A stretch of 64,000 nucleotides of DNA, taken from assembly GCA_947448865.1 (NCBI GenBank), contig CANFOW010000001.1, forward strand, positions 4,845 to 68,844. The letters are read 5' to 3'. Below, in pieces: positions 17,353 to 26,262 of the stretch. Origin of the DNA: Actinomycetota bacterium (GTDB taxonomy: Bacteria; Actinomycetota; Actinomycetes; S36-B12; UBA5976). The position numbers and the translations under genes were made by a program. The notes under the pieces were generated by a model. That model worked only from the letters and a program-made list of their open reading frames with translations, had not been told where the DNA came from and made no database searches. The stretch's first letter is position 1, and each line of letters begins with the position of its first letter.

Positions 17353-18477
17353 ATGGGAAACATCAAGAGGCGCCGTGCCTCCTACGCCGCTGCAATCGCT
17401 GCGGCAACAGCACTGTTATTGACCGCATGTGGAGGTTCGTCCACTTCCGGTACACCAACTGCTGCAGACACATCCGCCGCTTTCCCAACATCGGGTTCCG
17501 GTGAAGTTCACCTTTACAACTGGACCGATTACATCGACCCTGAACAGCTCACAGCGTTCACAGCCGAGACTGGCATCAAGGTAATCCTTGACACGTTCGA
17601 CAGCAATGAAACACTGCTTGCGAAACTGCAATCAGGTGCCACAGGCTACGACGTTGTTGTTCCGTCTGACTACATGGTTGCGCAAATGATTGAACTGAAT
17701 CTTCTTCAGAAGGTTGAGCCAGCAACATTCCCGAACGGTAAGAACATCAAGCCAAACTTGCTCAATGATATTTATTGGGATGCAGGACGTCACTACTCTG
17801 CTCCATGGATGTACGGCACAACTGGTATCGCATGTAACACCACTGCAGAACCAAAGTGCGCAAACATCAAGTCATGGCACGATTACTTCACCGCTGGTCT
17901 TCCAAAGATGGATTCACTCAAGGACCAAGTTGAAGTTGTTTCTGCTGCATTACGTGCAACAGGTGTGGCTCCTGCTGATTTGTGTACCACTGATAAGTCG
18001 AAGTATGCAGCAGCAGCTGACCTACTTAAGGGCTTCAAGCCTGCCGTGATCGATTCCGACAGTGGTATCGAACGAGTTATTGCTGGTACCAGCAACGTGC
18101 GTCACGCCTGGAATGGATCAACTCACCGCATGAAGGATAAAGTTCCTGGCGTTGAATATATCTACCCATCAGAAGGTTTGAACCTTTGGGCAGACAACTT
18201 AGTTGTTCCCGTAGGCGCTCCAAACCTAGACAACGCAAAGATCTTCATCAACTGGATGATGGATCCTGCACACGCTGGCGCTGAAAGTAACTTCTCTGGT
18301 TACGACAACGGCATCACCGGTTCAGATGCGTTCATGAGCGACTCGTTGAAATCAGACCCAGCAGTTGTTGTGCCAGCTGATAAGACTGCGCTCATCTCTG
18401 CAGTTCCTCCATGTGGCCAGGACGCTCGCGACCTGTACACCCAGGTATTCACTACTTGGTTGGGCGAACAGAACTAA
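17353..18477 (+). CDS. potD: PotD/PotF-type polyamine-binding lipoprotein (copy 1)
   Basis: Lipobox LLTACGG, then the YNWTDYIDP and SGATGYDVVVPSDY motifs of the PotD/F family. Confidence 0.8.
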   Translation: MGNIKRRRASYAAAIAAATALLLTACGGSSTSGTPTAADTSAAFPTSGSGEVHLYNWTDYIDPEQLTAFTAETGIKVILDTFDSNETLLAKLQSGATGYDVVVPSDYMVAQMIELNLLQKVEPATFPNGKNIKPNLLNDIYWDAGRHYSAPWMYGTTGIACNTTAEPKCANIKSWHDYFTAGLPKMDSLKDQVEVVSAALRATGVAPADLCTTDKSKYAAAADLLKGFKPAVIDSDSGIERVIAGTSNVRHAWNGSTHRMKDKVPGVEYIYPSEGLNLWADNLVVPVGAPNLDNAKIFINWMMDPAHAGAESNFSGYDNGITGSDAFMSDSLKSDPAVVVPADKTALISAVPPCGQDARDLYTQVFTTWLGEQN

Positions 18478-18486
18478 TTTCGATAC

Positions 18487-18526
18487 AAAAGTGGAGCCTC
18501 ACCTCAGGGTGGGGCTCCACTTTTTT
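18487..18526 (+). terminator. Rho-independent terminator
   Basis: AAAAGTGGAGCCTCACC-TCA-GGGTGGGGCTCCAC is a GC-rich stem with one mismatch, followed by TTTTTT. It starts 10 nt after the potD stop. Confidence 0.75.
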
Positions 18527-18560
18527 GCCCTCAAGGCACACTGTGCTCCATAATCCTTAA

Positions 18561-19625
18561 GTGCAAAAAGTGATGTTGCGTAGCGCCCTGAGCGCCATCC
18601 TCGCCTTAACAATGACTGCCTGTGGCGGGTCAAGTGACCCAGTAGCCACAACATCCAATGAACTCCACGTGTTCAACTGGACCGATTACATCGACCCAAA
18701 TGAAGTCAAGCGTTTTGAAAACGAGACTGGTATAAAAGTCATCCTTGATGTGTATGACAGCAATGAAACGTTGCTTGCAAAAATTCAATCCGGTGCGACT
18801 GGCTACGACATTATTTTTCCTGCGGACTACATGGCAGAACAAATGCGTGAACTCAACTTGCTTGAGCCAATTGACGTAGCGAAGTTACCCAATGGAAAAA
18901 ACATCATGCCGTCAATGATGGATGTGTATTGGGATCCAGGTCGCGTGTACACGGCGCCTTACATGTACGGAACTACGGCGATTGCTTGTAACCCCATTGA
19001 TACTTATTGCCCGACAATTAAATCGTGGCATGACTTTTTCACGACAAAAGACCCAAAGGTCAGCGTCCTGAAAGATGAAATGGAAGTTGTGTCCGCAGCA
19101 CTTCGCGCAGTCGGAGTGGCAGGAAATGATTTGTGCACGACTGACAAAACAAAGTTCCAAGCTGCAGAAGATTTGTTGCTTGGTTTCAAGCCGGCAATTA
19201 TCGAGTCCGATGGTGCGACCGAACGCATGCTCAATGGCACTAACACTTTGGAACATACGTGGAACGGTGAAGTGCATCGTATGCGTCCACAAATTCCAGA
19301 CATGATTTACATCTACCCAACTGACGGTGCGAATTTGTGGGCCGACAACATCGCAGTCCCAGTAGGTGCTCCCCACCTTGAAAATGCCAAGACTTTTATT
19401 AATTGGTTAATGGATCCCAAAAACATTGCTGCCGAAAGTAATTTCACTGGCTATGACAACAACATCGTTGGCTCGGATGCATTTATGGATAAGTCAATTC
19501 GACAAGATCCTGCTGTGATTCCACCTGCAGATGTTGTCAGTCGCCTCTCGCCAGCTCCGAACTGTCCGCAAGAAGTTCGGGATATGTACACCCAAGTATT
19601 TACGACCTGGACGTCAAGCCAATAG
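18561..19625 (+). CDS. PotD/PotF-type polyamine-binding lipoprotein (copy 2, tandem paralogue)
   Basis: Lipobox LTMTACGG. By eye it is roughly two-thirds identical to copy 1 (FNWTDYIDP, SGATGYDIIFPADY, KSWHDFFT, FTTW). The start could be GTG 18561 or ATG 18573. Confidence 0.8.
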   Translation: MQKVMLRSALSAILALTMTACGGSSDPVATTSNELHVFNWTDYIDPNEVKRFENETGIKVILDVYDSNETLLAKIQSGATGYDIIFPADYMAEQMRELNLLEPIDVAKLPNGKNIMPSMMDVYWDPGRVYTAPYMYGTTAIACNPIDTYCPTIKSWHDFFTTKDPKVSVLKDEMEVVSAALRAVGVAGNDLCTTDKTKFQAAEDLLLGFKPAIIESDGATERMLNGTNTLEHTWNGEVHRMRPQIPDMIYIYPTDGANLWADNIAVPVGAPHLENAKTFINWLMDPKNIAAESNFTGYDNNIVGSDAFMDKSIRQDPAVIPPADVVSRLSPAPNCPQEVRDMYTQVFTTWTSSQ

Positions 19626-20502
19626 CAGTATCGAGTACTGCTTGAGTGCGGCGCGTGGGACGCGCTGAGTCAAGAGTCATTGCGACCACATGAGCTGGCG
19701 GAATGTCGTCCTTAATGTCAAGCATGACAAAAGTATGACCATCCACAGTTGTGTTATGAGCCGGACGCATGTTGAGAAGTGCAACGCCCATTCCGCGAGC
19801 AACAAGCGCTCGAGCGAGTTCGGTACTACCTGTGCGATAGCGAATGTGCGGTTTAATCCCAGCTTCGTGAAAAACGCGCTCGAAATAATCTCGACTATGC
19901 GGTAAATCAAGTAGCACAATCGGCTCGTCCGCGATATCGTGCAATCGGATTGACGTGCGATGTGCCAAGCGATGTTGCGTGGGAACAACAACGTGAGCTG
20001 AAACATCAAAGAGACGCTGCACGCGAACAGCAGACGCGCGTCCAAAGTCATAACCCAAACCAATTTCAAAGCGACCACTGATCAAACCATCATTAAGTTC
20101 CGGCAAGCTCACTTCCTCAATACGTACTTCAAGATCTGGGAAATCACGCGCCAGCGCAAAAAGCAACTCAGGAACTAGATAAGGAGCAATGACACTGTAA
20201 ACACCAACGGAAATCGCACCGACGGGCGAACTACCCAGGTCGCGTGCATCTTGCTCCAACAATTCAGCATCATCGAGCATGGCTCTGGCTTTTACGAGTA
20301 AGCGCTCACCGGCGTGAGTAAGACTCACACCCTTGGCATGGTGACGTACGAGAAGCTGCAAACTGAGCGCTTTCTCGATTTCGCTGATGCCACTCGACAG
20401 CGTGGATTGCGACACATGAAGGGCAAGCGCTGCCCCGCTGACGGAGCCATACTCTGCGACAGCAACGAGGTACTCAAGTTGGCGAAGTGTGTATGACGGC
20501 AT
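19600..20502 (-). CDS. LysR-family transcriptional regulator
   Basis: MPSYTLRQLEYLVAVAEYGSVSGAALALHVSQSTLSSGISEIEKAL is a textbook LysR wHTH, followed by an effector-binding domain. I prefer the ATG at 20502 over the track's 20595. Confidence 0.85.
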   Translation of the reverse strand: MPSYTLRQLEYLVAVAEYGSVSGAALALHVSQSTLSSGISEIEKALSLQLLVRHHAKGVSLTHAGERLLVKARAMLDDAELLEQDARDLGSSPVGAISVGVYSVIAPYLVPELLFALARDFPDLEVRIEEVSLPELNDGLISGRFEIGLGYDFGRASAVRVQRLFDVSAHVVVPTQHRLAHRTSIRLHDIADEPIVLLDLPHSRDYFERVFHEAGIKPHIRYRTGSTELARALVARGMGVALLNMRPAHNTTVDGHTFVMLDIKDDIPPAHVVAMTLDSARPTRRTQAVLDTAIGLTSRS

Positions 20503-20543
20503 GTGTGGAGTGTATCGAAGCAATCGAACTTGGTTTTGCATTA

Positions 20544-20560
20544 ATTCGACTTGTCCGAAT
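20544..20560. promoter_or_regulatory. Candidate LysR box (T-N11-A within ATTCG-N7-CGAAT dyad)
   Basis: ATTCGACTTGTCCGAAT lies in the 125-bp divergent region between the LysR gene and the ridA-like operon. Confidence 0.35.
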
Positions 20561-20627
20561 AGGCGTCCAGTCCGATAATCTTGCCTGAGAGGCACCGTAT
20601 CGTGGCAGCTGAACTAGAAGGACACTC

Positions 20628-21047
20628 ATGACTCACACTCGTATTCGCCCGTTCAACACAAAAGTCACTTATCCCGAACAAAATCTCGATAATGATTTAG
20701 CCCAAGCAGTTGTAGCCGGTAACACTGTCTACTTACGTGGTCAGATTGGCCAAGACCTCGAGACACGTGAATCAGTAGGCATCGGCGATGTCACCGCTCA
20801 AGCAGAACAAGCGATGGCAAACATTGACATGTTGCTTCGCGAATCCGGATCCGAACTCGCTGACATTGTGAAGATCACGATTTACCTCACCGACATTCGA
20901 TTCCGCGAACCGGTTTATCTGGTTATGGGTCGCTGGCTCAAAGGTGTGCACTACGTGTCAACTGGTCTTGTGGTGAGTGCCCTAGCTCGACCTGAATGGC
21001 TGGTAGAAATTGATGCAACCGCTGTAATTCCTGAGAGTCGCGACTAA
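20628..21047 (+). CDS. RidA/YjgF/UK114-family reactive-intermediate deaminase
   Basis: Length and motifs (GNTVYLRGQIG, ITIYLTD, LVEIDATA). AGAAGGA SD upstream. Confidence 0.85.
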   Translation: MTHTRIRPFNTKVTYPEQNLDNDLAQAVVAGNTVYLRGQIGQDLETRESVGIGDVTAQAEQAMANIDMLLRESGSELADIVKITIYLTDIRFREPVYLVMGRWLKGVHYVSTGLVVSALARPEWLVEIDATAVIPESRD

Positions 21048-21721
21048 TGACGATTAGCATCGCCGCACGTTGTGCTCGAACAGGTGCATTCGGAGTTGCC
21101 ATCAGTAGTTCAAGTCCTGCAGTAGGTGCGCGATGCCCAAATGTGCGAGCGAGTGTGGGTGCGGTCTCTACCCAAAACGTCACTGACCCACGACTTGGAC
21201 CAGCGTTACTTGATGCCCTCGAATCTGGACGCGATGCGCATGATGCACTTACCTTAATCAGCGCGAGTGCAACACATCCCGAATATCGCCAACTCACTGT
21301 TGTCGATAGCGAAGGTCGTTCTGCTGTGTACTCAGGAAGTAAGTCACTGGGAATCAACGCCGAAGTAACTGACATAAATGTTGCAGCCGCAGGTAACTTG
21401 CTTGCCAATCCCAACGTGATTCAATCCATGGTCGATGCATTTAATGCATCTTCGGAACGTGAACTTGCTGATCGACTTATCGGCGCTCTTGAAGCAGGTG
21501 TTGCTGCAGGCGGCGAAGCAGGACCTGTGAAGTCTGCTGCGGTACTCATAGCTACTACGGTTGCCTGGCCGAGCACAAACTTGCGTGTGGACTGGGACGA
21601 TGATCCCATTACGCGGTTGCGAGAGATTTACACAGTGTGGGCGCCACAAGCTGCTGATTACGTCACGCGTGCGTTGGACCCATCTGATGCACCGTCCTAC
21701 GGTGTTCCTGGAGATGAGTAA
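21047..21721 (+). CDS. DUF1028-family protein (Ntn-hydrolase-like fold)
   Basis: MTISIAARCARTGAFGVAISSSSPAVGARCPNVRASVGAVSTQN matches the DUF1028 N-terminal consensus as I recall it. TAATG overlap with ridA. Confidence 0.7.
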   Translation: MTISIAARCARTGAFGVAISSSSPAVGARCPNVRASVGAVSTQNVTDPRLGPALLDALESGRDAHDALTLISASATHPEYRQLTVVDSEGRSAVYSGSKSLGINAEVTDINVAAAGNLLANPNVIQSMVDAFNASSERELADRLIGALEAGVAAGGEAGPVKSAAVLIATTVAWPSTNLRVDWDDDPITRLREIYTVWAPQAADYVTRALDPSDAPSYGVPGDE

Positions 21722-21723
21722 TT

Positions 21724-22890
21724 GTGAGTGATCCAAAGGTTCAAGTCCAAAACGCAGTTGATGCGATACGCAATGAATTACTCGAAGTCAGCCACTGGGT
21801 CCACGCACATCCAGAAATTGCGTGGCAAGAATTTGAATCTAGCCAGTACCTTGCAACATTTCTTGAATCGCATGGTTTTTCAGTTGAGCGAAAGTTTGTC
21901 GGACTCGACACCGCGTTTAAGGCAACCTTCGGATCCGGCGACCTAACAATTGCATTGTGTGCAGAGTATGACGCGTTACCTGGCCTTGGCCATGCCTGTG
22001 GTCATAACATCATCGCTTCAGCCTCAGTCGGTGCCGCGCTTGCACTGAAAGAAGTTGCCAATGACATTGACGCAACGATTGTGGTTTTTGGTACGCCTGC
22101 CGAAGAAGGTAGTGGCGGAAAAATTTCTATGCTTTCCCAGAATGCATTTCATGGCGTTGATGTCGCCGCATTAATTCACCCAGGACCAGTAGATGTTGAC
22201 CACGGTGATCCATTTGCAGTTAAGCACATCGATGTCGCATATACGGGTAAGGCATCACATGCTGCTGCGTATCCCGAACATGGCGTGAACGCCGCCGATG
22301 CTTTCACGATTGCTCAAGTTGCTATTGGGTTACTTCGCCAGCAACTATCTCCAACCGTGCGCGTTCATGGGATTGTGACGCGAGGTGGCGAAGCCGCAAA
22401 CGCAATTCCGGAACGTACTGAAGGTCGCTGGTATGTTCGTGCCAATACACTGGCGCAACTTGATGACATTTATCAACGCGTTGTGAAATGTTTTGAAGCC
22501 GGCGCGATTGCAACGGGTTGTGAACTGCACATCGAAGATGACCTCAATCCCTATTCAGAGTTCACTAATCATGCACAGCTCACGCAGCGTTACCGGGCTA
22601 ACGCCGAGTCACTTGGTCGTCGATTCGATGCCCCAGAACCAGCAACACGCATGAATCGCGCCAGCACAGACATGGGCAATGTGTCCGCAGTCGTGGCATC
22701 GTTTCATCCATACATCGGCATTAATTCAGGTACGGCCGTTAATCACCAGCATCAATTTGCAGCCGCAAGCATCACACCTGATGCCGATCAAGCAGTCATC
22801 GATGGTGCTAAAGGATTGGCAATGACTATGGTGGACGTGGCTACCGATCCTGTGCTTCGCCAATACGTTAAGGAGTTCTCGCGCGCATGA
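21724..22890 (+). CDS. M20-family amidohydrolase / peptidase (M20D, aminoacylase-like)
   Basis: HAHPEIAWQEFES, DALPGLGHACGHNII and GTPAEEGSGGK motifs. GTG start 2 nt after the upstream stop. Confidence 0.8.
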   Translation: MSDPKVQVQNAVDAIRNELLEVSHWVHAHPEIAWQEFESSQYLATFLESHGFSVERKFVGLDTAFKATFGSGDLTIALCAEYDALPGLGHACGHNIIASASVGAALALKEVANDIDATIVVFGTPAEEGSGGKISMLSQNAFHGVDVAALIHPGPVDVDHGDPFAVKHIDVAYTGKASHAAAYPEHGVNAADAFTIAQVAIGLLRQQLSPTVRVHGIVTRGGEAANAIPERTEGRWYVRANTLAQLDDIYQRVVKCFEAGAIATGCELHIEDDLNPYSEFTNHAQLTQRYRANAESLGRRFDAPEPATRMNRASTDMGNVSAVVASFHPYIGINSGTAVNHQHQFAAASITPDADQAVIDGAKGLAMTMVDVATDPVLRQYVKEFSRA

Positions 22891-24044
22891 CCCGTGACGT
22901 ATTTCTGGAAGGCATGAGTCGATCTGCAACAACCGTGTCAATTGTGACAACGGATGGACCAGCTGGTCGTTCCGGTGCAACCGTAAGCGCCATGAGTTCG
23001 GTTTCCGCGGATTCAGATCGTCCCTCTTTACTTGTCTGTGTAAATAAAAATTCGAAATCAGCTGACATCATCCGCGCTAACGGACGTTTTTGTGTCAATG
23101 TACTGCGCGATAGTCAAGCATGGATTTCTGATGCGTTTGCTGGTCGCACACCCATTGAAGACAAGTTCACTGCAGGCACATGGGTCGAAACGGGTTTGGG
23201 TTCTTGGTCACTTGAGAATGCGCTCGTCACTTTTGACTGTGAACTGAAAAGTGAAATCCTGTACGGAAGTCACTATGTGTTTATTGGTGAAGTAGAAAAT
23301 GCGGCAGTCGCCGAAAGTGGACCGGCGCTTGTGTATTCAAATCGCTCGTATGGATCTTCGGTTCCACTCGGTGCCACCACAGCGAGTCGTCGCGAAGTTC
23401 CTGAAGACGGCGACATTACAACTGTTGCGATTGGGTGCTACACCTCACTTGCACCATTCCTGATTCCTCGCATTATTAGCGATTATCAGTCCATCAATCC
23501 ACTTGTGAACATCAAAGTGTATGAAGGTAATCAAGATAATCTGATCCATCATTTAGGTGTTCGTGAAGCAGATTTCCTGATTACTTACCAAGCCGAAATT
23601 CCTGACTGGTGGACCGAATCAACTCAAATTGCATCCCTTGCACCTCAAGTGATTTTGCCCGCCTTACATCCGTTAGCTGATCAAGACAGTGTGAGTCTTG
23701 AACAACTTGCTGATGAGCCACTAGTGGCTCTCGATAGTCCACCACTTCGAAACTATGTCCTTTCGTTGTTTACCGATGCCGGTCTTCAGGCAAACATTGC
23801 CTACAGTTCGCCGTCGTATGAAATGGTGCGATCCATGGTGGGTAACGGTCTTGGCTTCACAATTTTGGGAACAAATCCTGCTAGCCCCATCACACTTGAT
23901 GGCCGCCTGACTGTGTCACGTCCGTTATCAAATGACAGTGCACCAAGTTCGATTGTGCTTGTGACTGACACCAGCCGAGAGATAAGTGCTGAAGCGCAAG
24001 CAGTCCACGCCTACATTGCAGAGCAACTCAACAACGCGCTGTAA
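22887..24044 (+). CDS. Chimeric protein: N-terminal flavin-reductase-like FMN-binding domain fused to a LysR-type effector-binding domain, with no HTH
   Basis: Residues 1 to ~165 (FLEGMSRSATTVSIVTT...GATVSAMSSVSADSDRPSLLVCVNKNS...FCVNVL...GSHYVFIGEV...LVYSNRSYG) fit the flavin reductase family. Residues ~178-385 (TVAIGCYTSLAPFLIPRIISDYQSINPLVNIKVYEGNQDNLIHHL...) fit the LysR substrate-binding domain. ATGA overlap with the M20 gene. Confidence 0.7.
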   Translation: MTRDVFLEGMSRSATTVSIVTTDGPAGRSGATVSAMSSVSADSDRPSLLVCVNKNSKSADIIRANGRFCVNVLRDSQAWISDAFAGRTPIEDKFTAGTWVETGLGSWSLENALVTFDCELKSEILYGSHYVFIGEVENAAVAESGPALVYSNRSYGSSVPLGATTASRREVPEDGDITTVAIGCYTSLAPFLIPRIISDYQSINPLVNIKVYEGNQDNLIHHLGVREADFLITYQAEIPDWWTESTQIASLAPQVILPALHPLADQDSVSLEQLADEPLVALDSPPLRNYVLSLFTDAGLQANIAYSSPSYEMVRSMVGNGLGFTILGTNPASPITLDGRLTVSRPLSNDSAPSSIVLVTDTSREISAEAQAVHAYIAEQLNNAL

Positions 24045-24052
24045 CGCTGGAT

Positions 24053-24652
24053 TTATTCTGCAATTCCTAGCACATCATTTAAATAGGCAAGCAAACGTTC
24101 GCGACCAAGTTGTGATGTTACAGAATTATTGCTACTCACCATGTGCAAGTTAAATGCATCTTCGAGTGCAACTGCAGTTTCGGCTATTGCGCGCGAACTA
24201 TGTAACGTTAAGAAATCTTGTGCGGCAATTCCACGTTCAATGATGTCTTGATACAACGACACTTCACGCTCCCACAACTGTGTCATCAGCTCAGCATGTG
24301 CGGCGCTGCGTCCTGCGAAAGTATGTAGCTCGTACAACATGTGAACGTCCGCAGTCACAGGTCCATCGGGAATTCCTTCGCGAACGGCTACCTGAATCGC
24401 CTCAATTGCCGAATCACATTGAGCCACATGCTCCATACGGTTCCAGTAAAACCGCTCGGTAGCTTCATGATGGGCTTCGATAAGTAAATCGTCGATTTCG
24501 GGATAGTAGTAGCTCACAGATCCAATTGACAGTCCTGCGTATTCGGCAATGTCTTTGAGGCGCAATCCCGACAAGCCACGCGCAGATACGGCATCCATGG
24601 CAGCCTGAACCAGGTTTTTGCGCTGTTGTTCTTGGGCTTTTGGCCGTGCCAC
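24053..24652 (-). CDS. TetR-family transcriptional regulator
   Basis: N-terminal HTH LVQAAMDAVSARGLSGLRLKDIAEYAGLSIGSVSYYYP. GTG start. Confidence 0.85.
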   Translation of the reverse strand: MARPKAQEQQRKNLVQAAMDAVSARGLSGLRLKDIAEYAGLSIGSVSYYYPEIDDLLIEAHHEATERFYWNRMEHVAQCDSAIEAIQVAVREGIPDGPVTADVHMLYELHTFAGRSAAHAELMTQLWEREVSLYQDIIERGIAAQDFLTLHSSRAIAETAVALEDAFNLHMVSSNNSVTSQLGRERLLAYLNDVLGIAE

Positions 24653-24723
24653 GGTTGGACTCCTGATTTCTTGTCAAAGATTTATCAGTAAAACCCTACG
24701 AGGTTGACTCCGCTTTGGCTACG

Positions 24724-24749
24724 ATTCTTTGAAATACGTTACAAAGAAT
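24724..24749. promoter_or_regulatory. Candidate TetR operator palindrome
   Basis: ATTCTTTG-N10-CAAAGAAT is a perfect 8-bp inverted repeat. It lies between the TetR gene and the divergent aldehyde dehydrogenase operon, 11 nt upstream of the first possible start. Confidence 0.4.
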
Positions 24750-24759
24750 TATTAAGCAG

Positions 24760-26247
24760 GTGATGTGCGTGAAGAACCGAGCATATTGGGACTCTTTGAC
24801 TCAATCTTTGGCTTTTGATGGCCGAGCATTCATCAACGGTGTTCGCGTCACCACAACCCAGACCAGCCCAAACTTCAGCCCTGTTACAGGCTCAAGCTTG
24901 TGCGAGGTTTCAGAATGCGGTGCATCGGAAGTTGATGCCGCGGTTGCCGGTGCCCGTGCAGCGTTTTCTGGTCCGTGGTCAGCAATGTCGCCTGGTGCTC
25001 GTAAAGGCGCACTCATGGCGTTAGCTAATCTCATTTTGGAGAATGCGGATGAACTGGCACTACTTGATGTTCTCGACATGGGCAAACCCATTTCGGATGC
25101 CACAACAATTGATGTCCCAGGATCTGCTGCGATTCTGAAGTTTTATGCAGAAGCTATCGACAAAGTCAGTGGCGAAATTCCAACGACTGATGCAGGAAAT
25201 GTTGCGCTTGTGCGACGAGTTCCTCTCGGCGTTGTGGGTGCTGTTGTGCCATGGAACTATCCGTTGGAAATGGCAATCTGGAAACTCGCACCAGCACTGG
25301 CTGCTGGAAACAGTGTTGTGCTTAAACCTGCCGAGCAATCTCCACTTTCAGCATTGCGGCTAGCCGAACTCGCTATCGCGGCAGGCTTACCTGCAGGCAC
25401 TCTCAATGTTGTTACTGGTCAAGGCGAAATCACTGGCGCACTGGTTGGTCGTCATCCTGATATTGATGTGCTGACATTTACTGGATCTACCCAAGTTGGA
25501 AAATATTTCTTGGAGTACTCCGGCCAATCAAACATGAAACAGGTATGGCTGGAATGTGGCGGAAAAAGTCCAAATATTGTTTTCGCTGATACCGATAACT
25601 TGCAAGAAGCCGCCGAGTTTGCAAGTCGCGCAATATTCTTCAATCAAGGCGAAGTATGTTCGGCCAACTCTCGTTTACTTGTCGAACGCAGCATCCTTGA
25701 AGAGTTCACCGCATTAGTGAAATCTGAATCAGATAAAATTGTGCTCGGACACCCGTTAAACGAGAACACGACAATGGGTCCACTTGTTGATCGCACCCAA
25801 ACCACTCGAGTAGTCGACTTCATCGACTCAGGTAAATTCTCCGCTGACCTGATCCGAGGTGGCAATCGACTCACAATCGAAAATTCGGATTGTTACGTGG
25901 AGCCAACAATCTTTTCCGAGGTACCAAGAGATGCCACTATTGCCCAAGAAGAAATTTTTGGACCAGTACTTTCCATCATGGCTTTTGATACGGAAGAAGA
26001 CGCCATCGCGTTAGCCAACAAAACTGAATACGGTTTGGCTGCGTCCGTGTGGACGAGCAACCTCAAGCGCGCGCATCGCGTTGCTGATGCATTGCATGTC
26101 GGAACCGTGTCAGTGAACACAGTTGATGCCCTTGGTTTAAATATTCCGTTCGGCGGCTTCAAGCAATCGGGCTTTGGTCGCGATTTATCACTTCACGCGC
26201 TAGAAAAATTCACTGGGTTAAAGACAACCTGGATTCGATACGAATAA
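24760..26247 (+). CDS. NAD(P)-dependent aldehyde dehydrogenase (aminoaldehyde / PuuC-like)
   Basis: Catalytic Glu in LECGGKSP, catalytic Cys in FFNQGEVCSANSR, and the VVPWNYP motif. The start is ambiguous (GTG 24760, ATG 24763, GTG 24769). Confidence 0.9.
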   Translation: MMCVKNRAYWDSLTQSLAFDGRAFINGVRVTTTQTSPNFSPVTGSSLCEVSECGASEVDAAVAGARAAFSGPWSAMSPGARKGALMALANLILENADELALLDVLDMGKPISDATTIDVPGSAAILKFYAEAIDKVSGEIPTTDAGNVALVRRVPLGVVGAVVPWNYPLEMAIWKLAPALAAGNSVVLKPAEQSPLSALRLAELAIAAGLPAGTLNVVTGQGEITGALVGRHPDIDVLTFTGSTQVGKYFLEYSGQSNMKQVWLECGGKSPNIVFADTDNLQEAAEFASRAIFFNQGEVCSANSRLLVERSILEEFTALVKSESDKIVLGHPLNENTTMGPLVDRTQTTRVVDFIDSGKFSADLIRGGNRLTIENSDCYVEPTIFSEVPRDATIAQEEIFGPVLSIMAFDTEEDAIALANKTEYGLAASVWTSNLKRAHRVADALHVGTVSVNTVDALGLNIPFGGFKQSGFGRDLSLHALEKFTGLKTTWIRYE

Positions 26248-26262
26248 GCACTAGGAGAAATC

